Assembly (NCBI GenBank): GCA_041577335.1
Contig: JBFGJH010000024.1
Span: forward strand, 1 to 40,171
Length of the DNA: 40,171 nucleotides
Reading direction: 5' to 3'
Source: Acidimicrobiia bacterium
GTDB lineage: Bacteria; Actinomycetota; Acidimicrobiia; Spongiisociales; JAENVV01
The notes under the pieces were generated by a model. It was not told where the DNA came from, searched no databases, and was given only the letters and a program-made list of their open reading frames with translations. Shown in pieces: positions 19,522-28,768 of this stretch (position 1 is the stretch's first letter; each line of letters begins with the position of its first letter). The position numbers and the translations under genes were made by a program.

Positions 19522-20433
19522 ATGGGAATCCTGCGGCTATCGCATGTTGAGATCCGAGTCCCGGACCTGGAATTGGCGACGGCCTATTACGCCGAGGTGG
19601 TCGGCCTCATCGAGACAGACCGTGAGGATGAGCGGGTCTTTTTCAAGGGGTGGGACGAACACCAGCATCACTCATTGATTCTCAGATACGCACCCACCTA
19701 CGGTCTCGATTCGATGGGATTCAAACTCGAATCAGAGACCGACCTCGGCACATTCCAAGACCGCCTCGAGGCGGCGGGGACCACCACGAAGCGGTTCTCG
19801 GCAGGAGAGCTTGGACCGGGATCCGGTCACACCGTGCGATTCGAGGCGCCGTCGGGACACACCACAGATCTTGTCTATGGCATGGCCCAGGTTGGCAATC
19901 TTCTTCCCCTGACCAACCCGCCGCCCGAGCCACAGGGATTGGTGGGAATCCACCCGCCTCGCATCGATCACATTTTCCTCATGTGCGAGGACGTCGATGG
20001 CATCACCTCGTTCTTCCAGGATGTACTCGACTTTCGCTTGACCGAGCAGATCATGGGCGACGACGGCTACCAGCTGTGCACATTCCTGGAACGGACGCAC
20101 ACGCCCCACGATGTGGCCTTCATCACGGGCCCCAACGGCGCCCTGCATCATTTCGCATACTGGCTGGACGACTGGAATCAGCTGAGGAACGCAGCCGACA
20201 TATGTTCCTATCACGGCGTTCGAATCGACTCCGGACCGACCCGTCACGGCGCAACCCGCGGACACGGTCTCTACTTCTTCGACCCCGCCGGCAATCGCAA
20301 TGAGGTTTACACGGGCGGCTACTGGGCGGACCCTGATCGAGAACCGGTGACCTGGACCGAAGCCGAGATGGGACGGGCCGTGTTCTATTACGAAGGTGTT
20401 GTCAACCAGCGGTTCCTCACGGAGCACTCGTGA
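19522..20433 (+). CDS. xylE: Catechol 2,3-dioxygenase (copy 2)
   Basis: MGILRLSHV, DHIF, HDVA, LHHFAY, PTRHGATRG..LYFFDPAGNRNEVY. Confidence 0.95.
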   Translation: MGILRLSHVEIRVPDLELATAYYAEVVGLIETDREDERVFFKGWDEHQHHSLILRYAPTYGLDSMGFKLESETDLGTFQDRLEAAGTTTKRFSAGELGPGSGHTVRFEAPSGHTTDLVYGMAQVGNLLPLTNPPPEPQGLVGIHPPRIDHIFLMCEDVDGITSFFQDVLDFRLTEQIMGDDGYQLCTFLERTHTPHDVAFITGPNGALHHFAYWLDDWNQLRNAADICSYHGVRIDSGPTRHGATRGHGLYFFDPAGNRNEVYTGGYWADPDREPVTWTEAEMGRAVFYYEGVVNQRFLTEHS

Positions 20434-21512
20434 CGACCGACGACGAGTCCGTGCCACCCGACGAGCGCAAAGAAGCCACGCTGCCGCGCACCGAGCGAGC
20501 CGATGAACCGGCGTACTTGCGCCGCTACCACCAGCGGCGAGAGGAGGCGGCGCTCGACACCGAGCGGTCCGACACCACCCCCCTGTACCTGCGCCAGTTC
20601 CGCCAGCGGCGAACCGAACCCGGACGCGTGGATGCCCCTCCACCTACCTGGGAGGGCCGTGGACTTCCCTACGCCCAGACGTTGTCGGAAGACAACCGCA
20701 ACAAAGAGATAAGCGCCCCGCCTCCGGCCCAGAAGAGCGTGGCGAACGACATCTACTTGATCCGCCACGGCGAAACCCAGGGTTACTCGAGCGAATCCGG
20801 GCTCACCCCGCTCGGGGCGTGGCAAGCACATACCTACGGCCGGACGTTGGCCAAGCGAGTGCGCAGTGGCGAGACGGTCGTGCTCAGGCACGCGGCCACC
20901 AATCGAGCCGGCGACACAGCAGGCCAAATCCATCGCGGGTTCGTCGACGGCCTGGCGATGTTCGACAAGGACCTCAAGGTCCACGAACCGGAGCCCATGG
21001 AAGAGTTCCGCAATTTCCGCGTGGCGACCCCGTCAGGTTTTCGTGATGTCACGGCAGCCTTCCGCGAGTATTACTCGACACTCGAGGAATTCGAACGAAC
21101 CAAGCTCGGCGACCGGCCCCTGTGGCTCGTCGATATCGACCGGTTCTGGAGGGTGCAGCAGGGTGGCGCCGACCCGATCACCCATTGGCTACAGATACCG
21201 ATGCTCCACTTCGAGCCCCCGGTGATGTGCGTTCGCCGCTTTTGGCTCGGCATCCAACGGCTTGCTGCCGAGTACCCAGAGTCGCGCTTGGTGATTCCCA
21301 CTCACTCTGGGCCGATCCGCGCGTTCGCGATTGCGGCCTTCGGCTACGACCCCGGCGAACCGTACAACCTCGAGCACGTTCGCGTGAAGCTCTTCGAAGG
21401 CGGAACCGAGGCTCTGGTCAGCTACCGAAATCGCGTCCAAGAGATCCATGTCCCCGCCGTCGACCATCTTCCAACGTGGTCTCCGTACGAAGAATGGAAA
21501 CCAACCGAATGA
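20430..21512 (+). CDS. Histidine phosphatase superfamily protein with N-terminal extension
   Basis: IYLIRHGET and distal THSGPIR; GTGA overlap with C23O-2. Confidence 0.85.
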   Translation: MTTDDESVPPDERKEATLPRTERADEPAYLRRYHQRREEAALDTERSDTTPLYLRQFRQRRTEPGRVDAPPPTWEGRGLPYAQTLSEDNRNKEISAPPPAQKSVANDIYLIRHGETQGYSSESGLTPLGAWQAHTYGRTLAKRVRSGETVVLRHAATNRAGDTAGQIHRGFVDGLAMFDKDLKVHEPEPMEEFRNFRVATPSGFRDVTAAFREYYSTLEEFERTKLGDRPLWLVDIDRFWRVQQGGADPITHWLQIPMLHFEPPVMCVRRFWLGIQRLAAEYPESRLVIPTHSGPIRAFAIAAFGYDPGEPYNLEHVRVKLFEGGTEALVSYRNRVQEIHVPAVDHLPTWSPYEEWKPTE

Positions 21513-21623
21513 CGATCAACTGACCATGGAGGACAAGCCGTCATGTGCAAGGCCTGCCCAACCGTTGCCCCGAGCGACTGGGTGTCGCCCCATGAAAGCG
21601 CTCCATCGAGGAGGGAGCGGCCA

Positions 21624-22745
21624 ATGAGCGACGGAGCCAATCGATACATCGTTTGGTTCGATCAATACCGTGACGAGGACAAACCGCGTGTCGGCGGCAA
21701 ATGCTCCTCGCTCGGGGAACTGATTCGTGCCGAACTACCCGTTCCCCCCGGTTTTGCGGTCACCACCGATGCGTATCGAGATTGTATGGCGGCCAACAAC
21801 GTTGCCGATGACCTCACCGCCCACCTCGACGGGATCGACGCCTCCGATCTCACAAAGCTCCACACGGTGGGACACAAGCTCCGTGAATGCGTGCGCACGG
21901 CCACAATGTCCGAAGACATCCAAGAGGCCATTCGCGCGTCGTATCTCGAACTGTGCGACCAAACAGGGGTGCCCGACCTGCCGGTGGCGGTGCGGTCGAG
22001 CGCTACCGCGGAGGATCTCCCGGATGCCAGCTTCGCCGGTCAGCAGGACACCTACCTGTGGATTCACGGCGCCGACAATGTCGTCGAACGGGTCCGCCAA
22101 TGCTGGGCATCGCTGTTTACCGACCGTGCCATTGCCTACCGACACGAAACCGGGCACGACCACGAGGCGATCCACATGTCGGTGGCCGTGCAGATGATGG
22201 TCCAACCCAAGGCGGCCGGGGTCGCTTTCACGCTCAACCCCTCGGACGGAGACCGCAGCCAGATCGCCATCGATTCATCGTTCGGGTTTGGTGAGGCGGT
22301 GGTCTCAGGTGAAGTGACACCCGACAACTTCCTCGTCGACAAGGTGCTGCGCACGATCGTCCGCCGGACCATCTCCCCGAAGCACATCGAATATCGCCTG
22401 GATGGCAGTCGCGAGGTGATCAAGGCAGAGGTGGCCCCCGAGCGGCAAACCCAGCCTTCGTTGACCGATGACGAGGTGGTCGCCGTGGCACGGATGGCCA
22501 GGATCGCCGAAAAGCACTACGGATCGCCCCAAGATATCGAATGGGCCATCGACGAGAAGCTGGAGGCACCCAACAACGTCGTGCTCCTGCAAAGCCGGCC
22601 TGAGACCGTGTGGAGCCGGAAGGCTCGGCGCACTGTCGCGTCCGGCCGGAGCGACAACTTCATGGATTCAATCGTCTCAACCCTGGTTGCGCCGGTGCAC
22701 TCTCGACCAAGACAGCCGACGGTCGAGGAGCAGGGAGGGCAATGA
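21624..22745 (+). CDS. PEP-synthase N-terminal (ATP-binding) subunit; phenylphosphate synthase PpsB/CreI-like
   Basis: VGGK..SLGEL, VPPGF, VAVRSSATAEDLPDASFAGQQDTYL, GEAVVSG, PQDIEWA, LQSRPET; no His-swivel or PEP barrel; GAGG RBS. Confidence 0.88.
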   Translation: MSDGANRYIVWFDQYRDEDKPRVGGKCSSLGELIRAELPVPPGFAVTTDAYRDCMAANNVADDLTAHLDGIDASDLTKLHTVGHKLRECVRTATMSEDIQEAIRASYLELCDQTGVPDLPVAVRSSATAEDLPDASFAGQQDTYLWIHGADNVVERVRQCWASLFTDRAIAYRHETGHDHEAIHMSVAVQMMVQPKAAGVAFTLNPSDGDRSQIAIDSSFGFGEAVVSGEVTPDNFLVDKVLRTIVRRTISPKHIEYRLDGSREVIKAEVAPERQTQPSLTDDEVVAVARMARIAEKHYGSPQDIEWAIDEKLEAPNNVVLLQSRPETVWSRKARRTVASGRSDNFMDSIVSTLVAPVHSRPRQPTVEEQGGQ

Positions 22746-22828
22746 CCGGATCCATCTAGGACCATCGAGGCAGAAGGAGTCGTCCCACCGCGGACGACCA
22801 AGAGGCGGGAACGACCGGAGGAGCAACA

Positions 22829-24634
22829 TTGGAACGATTCGACAGCCCATTTGATATCGAGGCCCCGGAAGGTGCGGAAGGGTGGGAGGCTCTCTACACC
22901 TACTCGCTGCCTTTCTCAGAAGACCGCCGCGCCTACGAAGAAAGCGTCTTCTGGTTTCACGACGGCGTTCACTGGCCAGAAGTCCTGTCTCCCTGGGACG
23001 CCACGTTCTACGAATATGCGATTGCGTCGCTGAGCCAATACAACACGCGCCATGTGATGATTCCCCCGGCGTTGGGCATCGACTACCGAGTCCTCAACGG
23101 GTACGCATATCTCAGCCCTGTGCCGGTGATGGATCCCGCCGAGATCGAGAGCCGGGTCCCACTGTTCATGGAACGAGCCGGGTTCTACTTCATGAACTGG
23201 GACGACCTCTACGAGAAGTGGCTCGTCAAGATCAAGAACCTGATCGCCGAGATGGAGGCATTGAGCTTCGATCCACTCCCTGAGATGGAGGCCATCGAGG
23301 TCGTGACGGAGGGCCACGGTGAGGGCTCGGGACTCCATATCCAGGAGAACTATCGATCGCTCCTCAACTTAGGCTTGAAGCTGTGGCAGCACCATTTCGA
23401 GTTCCTCAACCTCGGATACGCGGCATACCTGGACTTCTTCGGTTTCTGCAAGGAGGCGTTCCCGAACATCCCGGACTTGGCGATCGCCAAGATGGTGGCC
23501 GGAGTGGAGGTCGATCTCTTCAAACCCGATGAGCATCTGCAGAGCCTCTCCCGCCTTGCGATCGAGAAAGGGCTCGATGGGCATTTCTCGAACGATGACC
23601 CGCAAGCCGTCATGGCCGGCATCAAGGCCTCGCCAGGTGGGGATGTGTGGATGGCGCAGTTCGAAGAGGCATCGCAACCGTGGTTCAACTTCTCCGATGG
23701 ATCGGGTTTCTATCACACCGATCGCATCTGGAACGAGAACCTCGAGATCCCGTTCGCATTCATCGCCAACTACATCGAGAAGATCAAGGGCGGAGCCGAC
23801 CCCTCCCGGCCCACCGAGGCGATCCGTGCCGAACGAGACCGCATCGTTTCCGAATACACCGACCTCTTGGCGTCGGACGAGGACCGCGAGGCATTCGCAG
23901 GGAAGCTAGGCCTTGCTCGTGTCGTCTTCCCCTATGTCGAGAACCACAACTTCTATGTAGAGCATTGGAGCCATTCGGTGCTGTGGCGCAAGATGCGCGA
24001 GCTCGGGGCAGTATTCGTGAAGGAGGGCTTCTTCACCGCAACCGACGACGTGTTCCTGCTCAAGCGCGACGAGGTGAACGAGGCCATCTGGGACATGTAC
24101 TCAGCGTGGTCGGTCGGCGCGTCCGCCCGGGGACCCGCGTACTGGCCGCGTGAGCTCGAACGTCGCAAAAGCATCCTCGAGGCCCTTCGTGCGTGGAACC
24201 CGCCCCCAGCATTGGGCGCCCCGCCCGAGGTCGTCACCGAGCCCTTCACGATCATGTTGTGGGGTATCACGTCCGACAGCATCGCGCAATGGCTGGGTGG
24301 CGCAGACGAGTCGGGCGGGTTGAAAGGCTTCGCCGCTTCTCCGGGCGTGGCCGAGGGGCCCGCCCGGGTCATTGCCACGGCCGCCGAGATCAACCAGGTG
24401 CAGGACGGTGAGATACTGGTGTCGCCGCTCACCGCGCCGTCGTGGGCTCCCATCTTCTCCAAGGTTGGTGCCACGGTGACCGATATCGGCGGCATGATGA
24501 GCCATGCGGCCATCGTCTGTCGTGAATACGGCTTGCCGGCCGTGACCGGAACGGCGTTTGGAACGAAGACCATCACAACCGGGATGATGATCCGGGTCGA
24601 CGGCAACGAAGGAACAGTGACGATTCTGGATTGA
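22829..24634 (+). CDS. PEP-utilising enzyme subunit with C-terminal phospho-His swivel; phenylphosphate synthase PpsA/CreH-like
   Basis: 601 aa, helical N-region, C-terminal GFAASPG..EG, TAPSW, GGMMSHAAIVCREYG; TTG start behind GGAGGAG. Confidence 0.88.
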   Translation: MERFDSPFDIEAPEGAEGWEALYTYSLPFSEDRRAYEESVFWFHDGVHWPEVLSPWDATFYEYAIASLSQYNTRHVMIPPALGIDYRVLNGYAYLSPVPVMDPAEIESRVPLFMERAGFYFMNWDDLYEKWLVKIKNLIAEMEALSFDPLPEMEAIEVVTEGHGEGSGLHIQENYRSLLNLGLKLWQHHFEFLNLGYAAYLDFFGFCKEAFPNIPDLAIAKMVAGVEVDLFKPDEHLQSLSRLAIEKGLDGHFSNDDPQAVMAGIKASPGGDVWMAQFEEASQPWFNFSDGSGFYHTDRIWNENLEIPFAFIANYIEKIKGGADPSRPTEAIRAERDRIVSEYTDLLASDEDREAFAGKLGLARVVFPYVENHNFYVEHWSHSVLWRKMRELGAVFVKEGFFTATDDVFLLKRDEVNEAIWDMYSAWSVGASARGPAYWPRELERRKSILEALRAWNPPPALGAPPEVVTEPFTIMLWGITSDSIAQWLGGADESGGLKGFAASPGVAEGPARVIATAAEINQVQDGEILVSPLTAPSWAPIFSKVGATVTDIGGMMSHAAIVCREYGLPAVTGTAFGTKTITTGMMIRVDGNEGTVTILD

Positions 24635-24647
24635 CAGCTACCAGCTT

Positions 24648-24672
24648 CCAGCCCCTCGGATAGGGGGGCTGG
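24648..24672 (+). other. GC-rich intergenic hairpin
   Basis: CCAGCCCCTC-GGATA-GGGGGGCTGG between kinase and oxygenase genes, no U-tract. Confidence 0.5.
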
Positions 24673-24716
24673 GGGAAGAGAGCTGAAGCCAGGCGGCCAA
24701 CGAATAGAGGTAGCGC

Positions 24717-25961
24717 ATGCTGAGCAAAGAACAGAACGAACAACTCACACGGGTGGGACCCGGCACCTCCATGGGAACACTCCTCCGCCACTATTGGTAC
24801 CCGGTTGCCTTTTCCAAGGACCTCGAAGGGTTTCCCGTGAAGAAGGTCAGGTTGTTGGGCGAGGACTTTGCCCTTTACAAGATGGCGAACGGCGAATACG
24901 GCATCATCCAAGAGGCCTGTCCTCACCGTCGGGCGTCTCTGGTCTACGGCGTCGTCGAAGAGGACGGTATCCGCTGTGGCTACCACGGTTGGTGCTTCGA
25001 CACCGAGGGCAATTGTGTCGATCAGCCCGCCGAGCCCGACAAATCGACGTTCAAGAACAAGATCCAGGCGTTCGCCGGCTCGGCGCAAGAGATGGGCGGC
25101 ATGATCTGGGCATACATCGGTGAGCAGCCCGCTCCCGAGCTGCCCCGGTTCGATGTGTTCGTGATGGACGGTATCCGTGACGTTGGCCATGCCACGCTCC
25201 CCTGCAACTGGCTGCAGATCATGGAGAACTCGGTCGACCCCCATCATGTCGAATTCCTACACGGCCGCTACTTCGAGTTCTTGGGCAACAAGAAGGGCTT
25301 CGAGGCTCCCAAGGCGTTCCAAAAGAAGCACGTGAAAGTGGGGTTTGATTCGTTCGAATACGGCATCCTCAAGCGGAGGGTCCTGGAGGGCCAATCCGAG
25401 GCGAACGACGACTGGGCCGTTGGGCACCCTCTCGTTTTCCCATACTGCATGAGGGTTGGCGGGGGCGGAATCGACCAGATGCAGATCCGCGTGCCGATCG
25501 ACGACACCACCACCTGGGCCCTCTTCTACTCCACGCACAACAGCGACCAAGCCGGCGACTACCCCGACCAAGGGCTCACCGACTATGAGTACCAGTGGCG
25601 GGATGCCGACGGCAACCACATCGTCGACTACATCGAAGGCCAGGACGTGATGGCGTGGGTTTCTCAAGGGCCGATCACCGACCGCTCGTCCGAGCACATA
25701 GGGAAGTCGGACATCGGAATCGTGATGCTCCGCAGGATGTTCAAAGAGGCGCTTGCCGCAGTCGAAGCAGGTGAGGATCCCATCGGCGTTGTGCGCGAGC
25801 CACACGATCGGATCGATCTGCCGTGTGAGAAGGACAAGTTCGGTGCCGGCGCCGAGTTCCCCCTCGCCTGGATCAACATGGGCTCGATGCGCTACTCGCC
25901 GATCAAGGACCAGCTGGAGCGGTTCCACGAGGACGTCGCCAAGGCGGCGGCCAGTGCCTGA
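24717..25961 (+). CDS. Rieske non-heme iron oxygenase alpha subunit, LigXa/phthalate-dioxygenase-like clade
   Basis: MLSKEQNEQLTRVGPGTSMG.LLR.YW, CPH..CGYH, PCNWLQ.MENSVDPHH..FLH, RVPIDD, QD..AW..QG.I.DR. Confidence 0.92.
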   Translation: MLSKEQNEQLTRVGPGTSMGTLLRHYWYPVAFSKDLEGFPVKKVRLLGEDFALYKMANGEYGIIQEACPHRRASLVYGVVEEDGIRCGYHGWCFDTEGNCVDQPAEPDKSTFKNKIQAFAGSAQEMGGMIWAYIGEQPAPELPRFDVFVMDGIRDVGHATLPCNWLQIMENSVDPHHVEFLHGRYFEFLGNKKGFEAPKAFQKKHVKVGFDSFEYGILKRRVLEGQSEANDDWAVGHPLVFPYCMRVGGGGIDQMQIRVPIDDTTTWALFYSTHNSDQAGDYPDQGLTDYEYQWRDADGNHIVDYIEGQDVMAWVSQGPITDRSSEHIGKSDIGIVMLRRMFKEALAAVEAGEDPIGVVREPHDRIDLPCEKDKFGAGAEFPLAWINMGSMRYSPIKDQLERFHEDVAKAAASA

Positions 25962-26235
25962 CGAGCGCCCCTTGAGGGCGGTTCCCGATCTGCGGGGCCC
26001 CCAGCATCGGATAACCGGCGATCATTGGTGGGACCAGGATCGGATTGCCCACCTGGCCGATCGGCCCCGCCATTGCCCGTCGTGCGGGGTGGCGCTGGAC
26101 ATCGATCACGGCATCTCGGTCGAATACTGGGAGGGCGACAACCGGGTGTATCACACCTGGTGTAAGGAATGCGGGTGGACCGGCGACATCATCCGTATCC
26201 GCCGCATGGTCGGCCATGAGCCCGAGGACCACTGA
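25954..26235 (+). CDS. Small Zn-ribbon-like protein (93 aa)
   Basis: GTG overlaps the oxygenase stop (GTGCCTGA); CPSC...CKEC. Confidence 0.75.
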   Translation: MPDERPLRAVPDLRGPQHRITGDHWWDQDRIAHLADRPRHCPSCGVALDIDHGISVEYWEGDNRVYHTWCKECGWTGDIIRIRRMVGHEPEDH

Positions 26236-26322
26236 CAGCGAACCCCGGGTTCAGCGTCGCGCCCAGGCAACGCTGAGACCACCAGTTCAGCGGCAATACC
26301 GGCGCGCTCGACGCTCAGTCAG

Positions 26323-27114
26323 TCAGCCGTCGAACGCCCGACGGTCGTCGGCCGAGAGGGCGCCTCGCGTGAACCTCGACGTGCCCTGCTCCAACAACTC
26401 TCTCGCGCCGGCGGCCATCGCTCCGTACGCCGCCCAGGCGAGCGCGCCGCCCGTCGAGACGCGCCTCACTCCCACGTCGGCCAGCTGATCGATCGTTGGA
26501 CCGCCCGGCATCACCAAGACATTCAGAGGAACACCAACCTCCAGCACCACGGTTGCGATGTCCTCGAGATCGGTGAGACCGGGCGCATACACACAGTCGG
26601 CGCCGGCCGCAGCGAACGAAGTCAGTCGTTCGATCGTGTCACCGAGATCGGCCACCCCATACAGGAAGTTCTCGGCGCGAGCGGTCAGCACCATCCGGCC
26701 ACGGCAGGCTGTCGCGGCTGCTGCTACCCGCTCGGTGGCGAGGTCGATCGGGTCGATGGTCCCGGTGGCAGGGTCATAGTCCTCGATCGAGCATCCGGCG
26801 GCACCGGCCCGAGCGAGGAGGGCTATCGTCTCGCCGATTCCTGCCACCGTCGCGGCAAAGAGGCGTTCGGAATCGACATTGAATGGCACGTCGGCGGCCG
26901 CCGTCATGTCGGCCACATGGTCCACGAGTTCCTCTCGGGACACATGTTGGTCGTGGCGCCCCAAGGTGGCGGCGTGGCCAGAGCTGGTGGTTGCCAGTGC
27001 CGCAAACCCGAGAGAGGCGAGGATCTTCGCCGATCCAACATCCCACGGATTGGGCATGATGAAGAGTTCGTCGCGGGCGTGCAGGTCGAGAAAGCGCTGG
27101 TACATGCTGGTCAT
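26323..27114 (-). CDS. Isocitrate lyase/PEP mutase family protein
   Basis: MPNPWDVGSA, ATTSSG, IED, LTARAE, AGADCVYAPG, GVRRVSTG. Confidence 0.9.
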   Translation of the reverse strand: MTSMYQRFLDLHARDELFIMPNPWDVGSAKILASLGFAALATTSSGHAATLGRHDQHVSREELVDHVADMTAAADVPFNVDSERLFAATVAGIGETIALLARAGAAGCSIEDYDPATGTIDPIDLATERVAAAATACRGRMVLTARAENFLYGVADLGDTIERLTSFAAAGADCVYAPGLTDLEDIATVVLEVGVPLNVLVMPGGPTIDQLADVGVRRVSTGGALAWAAYGAMAAGARELLEQGTSRFTRGALSADDRRAFDG

Positions 27115-27248
27115 CGGCCGAGTCTCGCAGATCGGGGTTCGCGATTCGCACCTCGGATTCTGGGATTCGCTCTTCACTTCTGGTTGTTTGGCTCGAGCTT
27201 CACCGGCGTCGAGGCAAAACGCCATGGCGAAGCGCGAAAGGCGCTTTC

Positions 27249-28016
27249 TCAGCCGGCGGTTATACCACCATCTATGGGTAGAGCCGCTCCCGTGATGAAC
27301 GCGGCGTCGTCGGAGGCGAGATACAACACGGCAGCTGCGATCTCGTCAGGCGATGCGATGCGCCCGATGGGGTGCTTGTCCTCGAACACGGAACGGACAG
27401 CGTCGACGCCGCCCATCGCCTCCATCTCGTCGGCCAACATGGGCGTATCCACCGAGCCGGCGCAGACGCAGTTCACCCGAATGCCTTCAGCAGCGTGATC
27501 GAGCGCCATCGACTTGGTGAGCAGCACGACGGCGCCTTTGGAGGCCGAGTAAGCAGCGGCGCCTCGACCACCGACGAGACCAAAATACGAGGCGTTGTTG
27601 ACAATGATTCCGCCGCCCTGAGCAATCATCACGGGAAGGGCCGCCTTCGAGACGAGATAGGTGCCTTTCACGTTGACGGAAAACGTGTCGTCCCACTCGG
27701 ATTCCGTGGTTTCGACAACGGTCTTGTCCCGATGGATGATGCCGGCGTTGTTGAAAACCACGTCGAGGCCGCCGAACTGTGCTCTCGCCGCGGCCACGGC
27801 CGCTGAGGCGTCGGCGTTCAGTGTGACGTCACACACCACCGAGCTGGCCACGCCTCCTGCCGCGACGATTTCGTCGACCACGCTTTGAGAGCGATCCGCG
27901 TCGCGAGCGGCTACCACCACCGAGGCTCCTTCGACCGCGAATGCGAGCGCGGCCGCACGACCTATGCCCGAGTTACCTCCGGTGACCAACACGACCTTGC
28001 CGGTGAACCTGTTCAT
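27249..28016 (-). CDS. SDR family oxidoreductase
   Basis: TGGNSGIG, NNAG, YSASK. Confidence 0.95.
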   Translation of the reverse strand: MNRFTGKVVLVTGGNSGIGRAAALAFAVEGASVVVAARDADRSQSVVDEIVAAGGVASSVVCDVTLNADASAAVAAARAQFGGLDVVFNNAGIIHRDKTVVETTESEWDDTFSVNVKGTYLVSKAALPVMIAQGGGIIVNNASYFGLVGGRGAAAYSASKGAVVLLTKSMALDHAAEGIRVNCVCAGSVDTPMLADEMEAMGGVDAVRSVFEDKHPIGRIASPDEIAAAVLYLASDDAAFITGAALPIDGGITAG

Positions 28017-28759
28017 CGGGCGCTGTACCCCGCATCGGCCGTGACGATGGACCCGGTCAGGTAGCTCGATGCATCGCCGGCCAGAAACGCCACAACCTCG
28101 GCGATTTCCTCAGGCTCGCCGAGGCGGCCCATCGGAACGGTTGAACGGCCGATCTCATCCAGGTCAGCCTCGCTCAGGTGGACCGGTCGCTGCGATGCGA
28201 GCATCGGCGTACGGATTTCGCCGGGTGCCACTGCGTTCACGCGAATGCCGGTGGCTGCCAGTTCCAGGGCCATGGACTTGGTGAGCTGGTGCACCGCCCC
28301 CTTGGTGGCGGTGTAGGCGGCGTGACCGGCGTTACCGAGGTCTCCCCAGATCGAGCCGAAATTCACGATGACGCCACTCCCTGTCTCGAGCATCACCCGA
28401 ACTGCGGCCCTGCTGAGATAGAACAGCCCGTCGACATTGACGGAGAAGATCCTCCGCCACTCGTCGTCGGAGGTCTCGTCGGCGTTGGAGCGAATGATCA
28501 CCCCGGCCGCATTCACGAGCACATCCAGGCGCTGGTGCTCGGCCATGACCCGGCTCACAACGTCGTCGCAGAAGGACGAGCTGCTGAGGTCGCCGACGAT
28601 CGCAACACCGTTGCATTGGGCGGCGGTCGTCCGGACGCCTGATTCGTCGACGTCGACCAGCACAACCGTCGCACCGCGACGGGCCAGGAGCTTGGCCGAG
28701 GCCGCGCCCATCCCTGATGCCGCTCCCGTGACGACGACCACTTTGCCGGTGAATTCCAC
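28013..28759 (-). CDS. SDR family oxidoreductase
   Basis: TGAASGMG, NAAG, YTATK; ATGA overlap with the next SDR; TAGTCT 6 nt before the GTG. Confidence 0.95.
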   Translation of the reverse strand: MEFTGKVVVVTGAASGMGAASAKLLARRGATVVLVDVDESGVRTTAAQCNGVAIVGDLSSSSFCDDVVSRVMAEHQRLDVLVNAAGVIIRSNADETSDDEWRRIFSVNVDGLFYLSRAAVRVMLETGSGVIVNFGSIWGDLGNAGHAAYTATKGAVHQLTKSMALELAATGIRVNAVAPGEIRTPMLASQRPVHLSEADLDEIGRSTVPMGRLGEPEEIAEVVAFLAGDASSYLTGSIVTADAGYSAR

Positions 28760-28768
28760 GAAGCGAGA

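Noticed and set aside
21624..24634. Gluconeogenic PEP synthase, or rifampin phosphotransferase, broken by a frameshift
   Set aside because: No C-terminal PEP-binding barrel; two genes with their own RBSs and an 83-bp gap; sizes and context fit two-subunit aryl kinases
26323..27114. Phosphonate biosynthesis PEP mutase
   Set aside because: Lacks the EDKxxxxxNS motif (has IEDY) and no phosphonate genes nearby
27137..27151. GTTCGCGATTCGCAC, resembling a PcaR/PobR-type IclR box
   Set aside because: Different spacing from the 17-bp cluster motif, single copy, no clear -10; may be chance
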